A stretch of DNA of 64,000 nt, from NCBI RefSeq assembly GCF_009914755.1, contig NC_060940.1; one strand, 5' to 3'. This DNA is from the human T2T-CHM13v2.0 reference genome, Homo sapiens. Shown in pieces: positions 23,895 through 64,000 of this stretch. The translations under genes were made by a program, and so were the position numbers. Positions within the stretch are counted from its first letter, which is position 1, and each line of letters begins with the position of its first letter. The notes beneath the pieces were generated by a model that was not told the DNA's origin, did not search any database, and was given only the letters and a program-made list of their open reading frames with translations.

Positions 23895-25446
23895 TCTTTT
23901 TTTATTTATTTATTTACTTATTTTTTTAAATTATACTTTAAGTTATAGGGTACATGTACACAATGTGCAGGTTTGTTACATATGTATACATGTGCCATGT
24001 TGGTGTACTGCACCCATTAACTCGTCATTTACATTAGGTGTATCTCCTACTGCTATCCCTTCCCCCTCCCCCACCACACAAGAGGCCCCAGTGTGTGATG
24101 TTCCCCTTCCTGTGTCCAAGTGTTCTCATTGTTCAATTCCCATCTGTGAGTGAGAACATGCGGTGTTTGGTTTTTTGTCCTTGTGATAGTTTGCTGAGAG
24201 TGATCGTTTCCAGCTTCATCCATGTCTCTACAAAGGACATGAACTCATCCTTTTTTATGGCTGCATAGTACTCCATGGTGTATCTGTGCCACATTTTCTT
24301 AATCCAGTCTATCATTGATGGACATTTGTGTTGGTTCCAAGTCTTCACTATCGTGAATATTGCCGCGATAAACATACGTGTGCATGTGTCTTTATAGCAG
24401 CATGATTTATAATCCTTTGGGTATGTATCCAGTAATGGGATGGCTGGGTCAAATGGTATTTCTAGTTCTAGATCCCTGAGGAATCGCCACACTGTCTTCC
24501 ACAATGGTTGAACCAGTTTACAGTCCCACCAACAGTGTAAAAGTGTTTCTATTTCTCCACATCCTCTCCAGCACCTGTTGTTTCCTGACTTTTTAATGAT
24601 CGCCATTCTAACTGGTGTGAGATGATATCTCATTGCGGTTTTGATTTGCATTTCTCTGATGGCCAGTGATGATGAGCATTTTTTCATGTGTCTGTTGGCT
24701 GCATAAATGTCTTCTTTTGAGAAGTGTCTGTTCATATGCTTTGCCCACTTTTTGATGGGGTTTGTTTTTTTTCTTGTAAATTTGTTGGTGTTCTTTGTAG
24801 ATTCTGGATATTAGCCTTTTGTCAGATAAGTAGATGGCAAAAATTTTCTCCCATTCTCTAGGTTGCCTGTTCACACTGATCCTAGTTTCTTTTGCTGTGC
24901 AGAAGCTCTTTAGTTTAATTAGATCCCATTTGTCAGTTTTGGCTTCTGTTGCCATTGCTTTTGGTGTTTTAGACATGAAGTCCTTGCCCATCCCTATGTC
25001 CTGAATGGTATTGCCTAGGTTTTCTTCTAGGGTTTTTACGGCTTTAGGTCTAACATTTAAGTCTTTAATCCATCTTGAATTAATTTTTGTATAAGGTGTA
25101 AGGAAGGGATCCAGTTTCAGCTTTCTACATAGGGCTAGCCAGTTTTCCCAGCACTATTTATTAAGTAGGGAATCCTTTCCGCATTTCTTGTTTTTGTCAG
25201 GTTTGTCAAAGATCAGATGGTTGTAGATGTGTGGTATTATTTCTGAGGGCTCTGTTCTGTTCCATTGGTCTATATGTCTGTTTTGGTACCAGTACCAGGC
25301 TGTTTTGGTTACTGTAGCCTTGTAGTATAGTTTGAAGTCAGGTAGCATGATGCCTCCAGCTTTGTTCATTGGGCTTAGGATTGTCTTGGCAATGCGGGCT
25401 CTTTTTTGGTTCCATATGAACATTAAAGTAGTCTTTTGCAACTCTC
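23895..25446 (-). mobile_element. 5'-truncated L1PA (ORF2 3' end, 3'UTR and A tail)
   Basis: ORFs 24133-24735, 24608-24991 and 25154-25441 translate to the L1 ORF2p C-terminus, including [12 protein letters not shown]; frameshifted. Confidence 0.95.
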
Positions 25447-26079
25447 ATCAGCCCAGTTTAATATTACCTATTTATTATAATGTAATGCTGCTCGCACAAC
25501 TGAGAAAATACTGTTGCTTTACCCCCTCCAGCTCTGTAGCAGCCACGCAGAAATCATAGAACTGTAAACATATGCTAATTACACAACCTATGTAGGCAAT
25601 CAATATTAAGAAAAATTTTTACTGCCCGGTATTTCTGTGGTTGAAAATGTAGAGTCTAATTTTGATCCGCAGTAACATCTAGGTTAATGTTGATTCAGAA
25701 GGAAAACGTTTGTTGTTGCCATGAGAAGAGGCATTGAAATGCTGAATCACCACCACAAATGTTACCACTATTAATATAAGGAGATACATAGGAAGATGGA
25801 ATTAGACCATCTCGGACCACCAGGTTTACAATTCCACCTGCAGATACATGCAAGAAGTATTGTCACAATACTTATGTCACGTTATTCCGTTGAGGTCATC
25901 ACCAACTAAGCTTATAATTAATGTGTGGTCAATTTGGTCAATGTCACCAGCGTAGCATACTAACAAAAACAAGGGTTGCAAAGTCAAATGCCTATAAGGC
26001 AGAACGTAAGACGGTAGGAAGCAAAGTCTATAGGGAGCTATATAATAGAGGCTGCAGATTCATGGCAGATTCTAAAGCA

Positions 26080-26469
26080 CAGCAGTCCCCAACATTTTTG
26101 GCACCAGGGACCGGCTTTGTGGAAGACAATTTTTCCACAGGCGGCAAGGGATGGGGCGCAGGATGGTAATGGTCTTGGGATGAAACTGTTCCACCACAAA
26201 TCATCAGGAATTAGATTCTCATAAGGAATATGCAACCTGGATCCCTCGTGTGTGCAATTCACAACAGGGTTCATGCTCCTGTAAGAATCTAATGATGCTG
26301 CTGATCTGACAGGAGGCAGAGCTCAGGCAGCAATGCAAGCAATGGGGAGCAGCCAGAAATACAGACGAAGCTTCAATTGTTACCCACCATTCACCTCCTG
26401 CTCTGTGGCCCAGTTCCTAACAGGCCACAGACCAGTACATGTCCATGGCCCAGGGGTCAGGCACCCCTG
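26080..26469. mobile_element. MER1-type hAT-Charlie DNA transposon
   Basis: cagcagtccccaac...ggcaccagggaccgg...gaagacaatttttccac and terminal ggcacccctg. Confidence 0.75.
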
Positions 26470-26548
26470 CTGTGGCACATTGCTTAATAGAGGACTGTAG
26501 CAGCCATGTGCCCTGACCTTTCCTTTTTTTTTTTTTTTTTTTTTTTGA

Positions 26549-26770
<222 letters not shown>

Positions 26771-26818
26771 TAGACATGGGGTTTCGCCACGTTGCCCAGG
26801 CTAGTCTGGAATTCCTGA

Positions 26819-27163
<345 letters not shown>

Positions 27164-27655
27164 TAAAATATCATAGACATTATATCACTTCAACCACGAA
27201 AAAAAAAGTATGTGAGGCAGAAAATGGAAGCAACCATGCCTAATTTATTGTTGAATACTTTTTCCGTATACCAAGAGCTTCCTTTGCACTAGCATCTGAA
27301 ACTATATCCAGAATGACACTGGTTTTCATAAAAGTGTTGATCCTCACACCTCTTTATAGTCTTGCACCTAGCACAGTGGAGTGAAACACTTTAAATAGCA
27401 CTTGTTCCTTGAGTATATATGGAAAAAAGTGAAGTATTGATAAGTGCTCAGCTAATATGAGCAGCATCTCAGGAGTCTCCAATTCTTGAATTACCAGGGA
27501 GTATTTTTACCATTTTCCCCCAGTGAAAGGCCTATTTTGAGAGACTTACCCTCCAAAATGAATGTATTAAGTCATGTTCCTTTTTTTTTTTTTTCTTTTT
27601 TTTTTTTGAGACAGGGCCTTGCTCTGTTGCCCAGGCTGGAGTGCAGTAGCATGAT

Positions 27656-28516
<861 letters not shown>

Positions 28517-28922
28517 TGATCATTGCCCACTGCGGCTTCCACCTCCCGGGTTCAAGAGATCCTCCTGCCTCACCCTCCCAAGGTGCTGGGACTACAGGTG
28601 TGTGCCACCAGCTCAGCTAATTTTTGTATTTTTTGTAGAGATGGTGTTTTTCCATGTTGCCCAGGCTGGTCTCAAACTCCTGGGCTCAAGCAATCCTTCT
28701 GTCTCAGCCTCCCAAAGTACTGGGATTACAGGCATGTCCCACCATGCCCAGACTAATATTTACTTTTAATCAGACTAAGATAGGGTTACTACTTGAGTTG
28801 CTATGGCTCCAGCTGAAAGAAAGCCCGTGCAGTCATATCACGCGTAAACATTTGCTTTATGCTAAAAATATGGTGGACCTGGCATTACAGCTATTACAAA
28901 TCTCCTAAGATGTCTCGGGTAG

Positions 28923-29288
28923 TGTATTAGTTACTTTTCATACTGCTATGAAGAAATACTGGAAACTGGGTAATTTATAAAGAAAAAGAGGTTTAATGTA
29001 CTCACAGTTCCACAAGGCTGGAGAGGCCTCAGAATCATGGTGGAAGGCAAAGAAGGAGCAAAAAGGTATGTCTTCCATGGCAGCAGGCAAGAGAGCACGT
29101 GCAGGGAAACTGCCCTTTATAAAACCATCAGATTTAGTGAGATGTATTCACTATCACGAGAACAGTATGGGAAAAACCTGCCCCCATGATTCGATTACCT
29201 CCTACCGGGTCCCTCCCACGACACATGGGGATTATGGGAACTACAATTCAAGATGAAATTTGGGTGGGGACGCAGCCAAACCATATCG
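28923..29288 (-). mobile_element. THE1/MST-type MaLR solo LTR
   Basis: tgtattag...cagccaaaccatatc; 5-bp TSD GGTAG at 28918-22 and 29289-93. Confidence 0.88.
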
Positions 29289-30038
29289 GGTAGCAACAAC
29301 CTAGGGTCAGTTTTGCAGGTGGTAAAGCCATTTACCAAGATAGTTGTAGGTAAAGAAGGGCAGATTTATTAGAGAAATTGTGAAAATATGTTGCAGTGGG
29401 CAGCTCAGCAGAGAAGGGGCTACCTGCAAAGAGGCAAGGGCTGGAGGAAAGTTTTATAGGGTCCTGCTGAAGGGTGCTACGTGTGGAATGAGGTCATTGT
29501 GCCCGCAGGTTGTTTGTGATTAGCTGTCTCTAACAATTGTTCATACAATAATTGTTCATTATTGTTCTCAACTTGGGGCTCTCCCCAACCTGGGGACCCT
29601 TCCTTATTGTTGCTTACTTATCAGGTCTCCACATAAAGGTGTGGAAACTTCATTCATTCATATCTTCAACACAAATTGTAGGTAGCCTGTTTTTTAAAAC
29701 ATTTATTCAACAAATATTTAGTCCAAGCCACTATTACTTACTACCTTCTCTACTATTGTATGGACTTTTAACTATCTCTGACACTATTCACTATTCTTCC
29801 ACATTCTCTATTATTTATACCTATGGTAAAATTTGCCAGTTTGACCATACAACTAATACTCACAGGGAATATATAGAGTCTAGAAGAAAATATACAGGTC
29901 CTTAAAGGCTGCCCTGCCAACAAAACCATAACGCAGGAACAAACATCACAACTATGCCAAATAATCAATCCTACAATGTCCAAAATTTTACTTTAAAACT
30001 GGAATTACCAGACTTCCTTTCTGCATTAACCAGTTTAA

Positions 30039-35185
<5,147 letters not shown>

Positions 35186-37821
35186 CATTCGTGACATGTT
35201 TATACAAATATAACTTTAGCAAATATTTAGCATAACTATCAAAATTACAAATCATATTAAATTTGTATAAATGTATGCAATTTTTGGAACACGCATATCA
35301 ACAACATACCCATAAATATAACTGAGATGAGATCTAATGTCACCTCACTTGACAGTGCCCTCCCATGCAGTATCGCCACATTTGACAATGCCTGCCCATT
35401 TAATCTACCAAATAAATCGAATCACTTAATACCTCTACAAGATGAGAGATACATTCTTTAGACTCCCCAAGGGATGCAGCTGAAAAAAATCCCAAAGTTA
35501 GTTTTAAGCCAAAAAGACTTGATTTAGGATTTTGACACTGGAGAAACCCATCAAAGATGTCAAGTTTGAAAACACTTGATCAAAACAGAATCACAGGTCA
35601 CTATTAAAAGAGTATTAATTTAACCAGAGACTTCCAAAGCAATACAGAAACTTACATGGATATAAAAACCCTAACCCTTTTAAAGGTCAGATTTGCTAAG
35701 TGATCAAAAGGGGTACTTGAATTGAATCGACACAGGAAGAGTGTGTACAGGGTTATGAGTGTAGGCAGGTGGTTACTTTGGTCATATCTCCATTTGCCAC
35801 CTGATTACACATGAGAATGGCATCTTTACTCACCAGAAAGCCAGTATTATAGGAGGTGTAGGAGGCATTCTTGGACTTGAGACAAGAACATTGTTGTGTA
35901 GAAATTTCATTGACTGTGTTAAAATTATTCTCCATGGGCTGGAGAACACATAACATGGCCTTTAGAATGAGACGGGCATTGATTGGATGCAAGGTCTCCA
36001 CACTTACTAGCTGTGTGACATTGGACAGAGTGCTTCATCATTCCGAGACTCAGTTTTTAAAGGAAAAACAACTAACTACCTTGCAAGCTTGCTAGCAGGT
36101 TTAAGTGTAATAATGTGTGGGAATGACTGCACCGTGACTAACATGCAGTGACAGCTTAATTAATGTTAACCCTTATCATTATCATATAAGAATGTGAGTT
36201 ACATAAGAGAGGAGTCCTGTCAGTTCGTTCTCTGCTGTGTCCCCAAGACCATGAATCATGGCTGGCATGTAGTAGGCATTTAATAATATATGTTCAACAA
36301 GTATTTGGCAGTCTTGGAGGGCAGAAAAGGAGGTGGGGAAGATTTTTAAATAACATTTTTTAAAAAGTCACATTGTCCTACAATACCGATTTTTCTTGCA
36401 TATTTAGGAAATTGAGGGTTTTTTTCTAAAACATGCGGACATATGGGAAATAGGATGCAACATTTGCACTAATGTTTCAGACACAGTTAGAGGTTTCCAA
36501 GAGATTTTGCGCTGGGGAGGCTGCTTGCTACAAGCTCCCAAAGCTCTGGGAGGACATAGTATTCATTCCTCCCTCAGCAGAAGCGGTGAGGCAAGAAGCT
36601 CTGGGGAGCACCCAGCGTTGGACTTTTAGCATAGTGTGTCAGGTCTTCATAGTTTGGGCCCAGGGCACAGAGAAGTCACAGCTCTCCGGCATCCTGTGAC
36701 CTTTACCCTCTTTGCCAAGGGAAAATGTGGCCCACCAAAGCAAGAAACTTGAGGGCATGGGTCACCCCAGCCCTGGCATCTGCCCAGAGCCCGAGAAGGA
36801 AGGAACAATGATCCTCCAGCTACCTCACGGGGCTGGCACAGGTGACCACTGCCCTGGCATCACCCAGCTGTGTCCGGCAGCCTGAACCCCATCTGTGGGG
36901 ATGTGAGGAGGAAAATACAAAAGTCCTTAGGTGAACACTGAGAAGGCAGATGCAGCAGAAACCTCCAGGCCAGAACTACCCAGTCTTGGACCTATGGTGG
37001 AGATAGAGCATAGCTGGCGATCATGTGTACTTACACTCTAAGGTCACCTGGTTGCACTATGGCCTCATCTGTGGCTCTGAAAATGAAGATTTGGAAGGAG
37101 ATCATCACAGCTAATGTTTAACAAGCCCCTCCTGTGTGCCAAATCATTCACCCCTCACCACAACCGAATGAGCTAAGGATTCTCATTATATATAGTTTAT
37201 GGAGAGGGAAGTGCAGACATAAAGAGGTGAATTATCTTACCCAGATCACACAGCTGATAAGTGGTGGAGGCAGAATAGAATCTAAACAGTGTGGCTCCGG
37301 AGCCCACATGCATTGATTCGACAAGTGTTTATTGAGCACCTGCCGCGGACAAGGCCTTGTGTGATTAAATAGGGTTATAATTAGTAATATAAAAATGAGA
37401 AATCACTAATGCTTTTTAGACTTAACATTTTGTTTTTTTGTAGGTTTCAGGCACAGAACTGTATATCCAATAATAGTGAAATGGATCCCACTAATTATGA
37501 CAGAAATGATGATACATTTAAATGACTTGGATGTTTTATAGGTATGATCTCGTGAAATCTTGAGAGAAACTGAATGACGAATGAAACTATTGTTCCTGTT
37601 TCACACAGAAGAAAACTGAGGTTAAAAGGGGTAAAGTAATTTTGCATGGCATGAAGTAGAAATTCAAAGTACAGGAATTTGAACTTGGTTCTGTCCTTTT
37701 CTGAAGCCCTTGACCACTATAGACTCAAACATCACCTTGTTTTTCCACTCATTCAACACTTTTTTTTTTAAATTATCTAATAGGTTGGCACTCATCATGA
37801 GCCCCTGTTCTCATTCTGCAA

Positions 37822-60160
<22,339 letters not shown>

Positions 60161-60194
60161 GAAGAGGCCAGTGCACTCAAGCCTGAGCAATAAG

Positions 60195-60296
60195 AATAAA
60201 ACCGAGTAGAACAAAATAAAAAATTCAAAAAACAAAACAAAACCCACACTCCAAAAACTAACAAAGAATAAATAAATAATATAAAAATAAAATAAA
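60195..60296 (+). terminator. Clustered AATAAA polyadenylation signals of NPIPB
   Basis: AATAAA at 60195, 60215 and several more at about 60267-60296, followed by T/GT-rich sequence. Confidence 0.75.
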
Positions 60297-60414
60297 TACT
60301 GCAGTCCTTATGTTATTGCTTTGTTTCGATATCTGGTATGATTGCCTGAGGGACCTGAGGTTTTTAATCATAGGGGTTTTTTTTTAATCTTTAGAAGTGG
60401 TTGGTTATGTAAAA

Positions 60415-63645
<3,231 letters not shown>

Positions 63646-64000
63646 TCACAGCCTTCGAGCTAGGGGAGAGGCGGCCGAATTCTGCCCTCCGCTAACGAGC
63701 TATAGCTTTGTGGAAATGGGCGAGTGGCGTGCCCTTGTGAGCCTCAGGGCCGCATCTGTAAAATGGGCATAACTGTCATGCCTGTCTTTAAGAACAGCCT
63801 TGGGGGTAAATGAGTGGAACTCATGGAAAGATCTCAGCCCACAACCTTCCACAGAACAGGCGCTTCTCACACAGTAAGTAGCAGGAGTGCAGAGGCTGCA
63901 GGCATGAATCCAGCCAGACTGCCTGGGTTCAAGTCCCAGCTCCCACGTCTTGGTAACTAAGTGGCCTCAGACAAGTTACTTAGTATTTCTTCTTCTTCTT

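Noticed and set aside
24133-25441. L1 ORF2-like ORFs as an active element
   Set aside because: 5'-truncated and frameshifted fragment

Overview
Human (great-ape-type) genomic DNA, Alu-dense, from a chromosome 16p segmental-duplication mosaic built around the LCR16a/NPIP core duplicon. On the + strand, 16 exons of an SMG1 pseudogene (2691-15835) keep an open spliced frame for 645 codons, then hit a TGA and later a broken splice donor. A transposon-rich spacer follows (HERV-H LTR7/env, L1PA, MER1, MER41A, THE1, MER4). Next is an NPIPB3/B4/B5-type gene (CDS 37822-60160, 7 coding exons, 1049 aa). Its first coding exon resembles the penultimate exon of ACSM1, and it has an alternative signal-peptide-like first exon. 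Its last exon is a coding VNTR read in two frames, and its C-terminal KRRR repeats, stop codon and poly(A) signal appear to derive from an exonised Alu. A PLA2G10 pseudo-exon lies on the - strand at 61253-61359. The exact paralog cannot be fixed from sequence alone; SMG1P1-NPIPB5 is the best guess. Family assignments come from recalled sequences, not database searches. Almost all other ORFs in the track are Alu or L1 artefacts.
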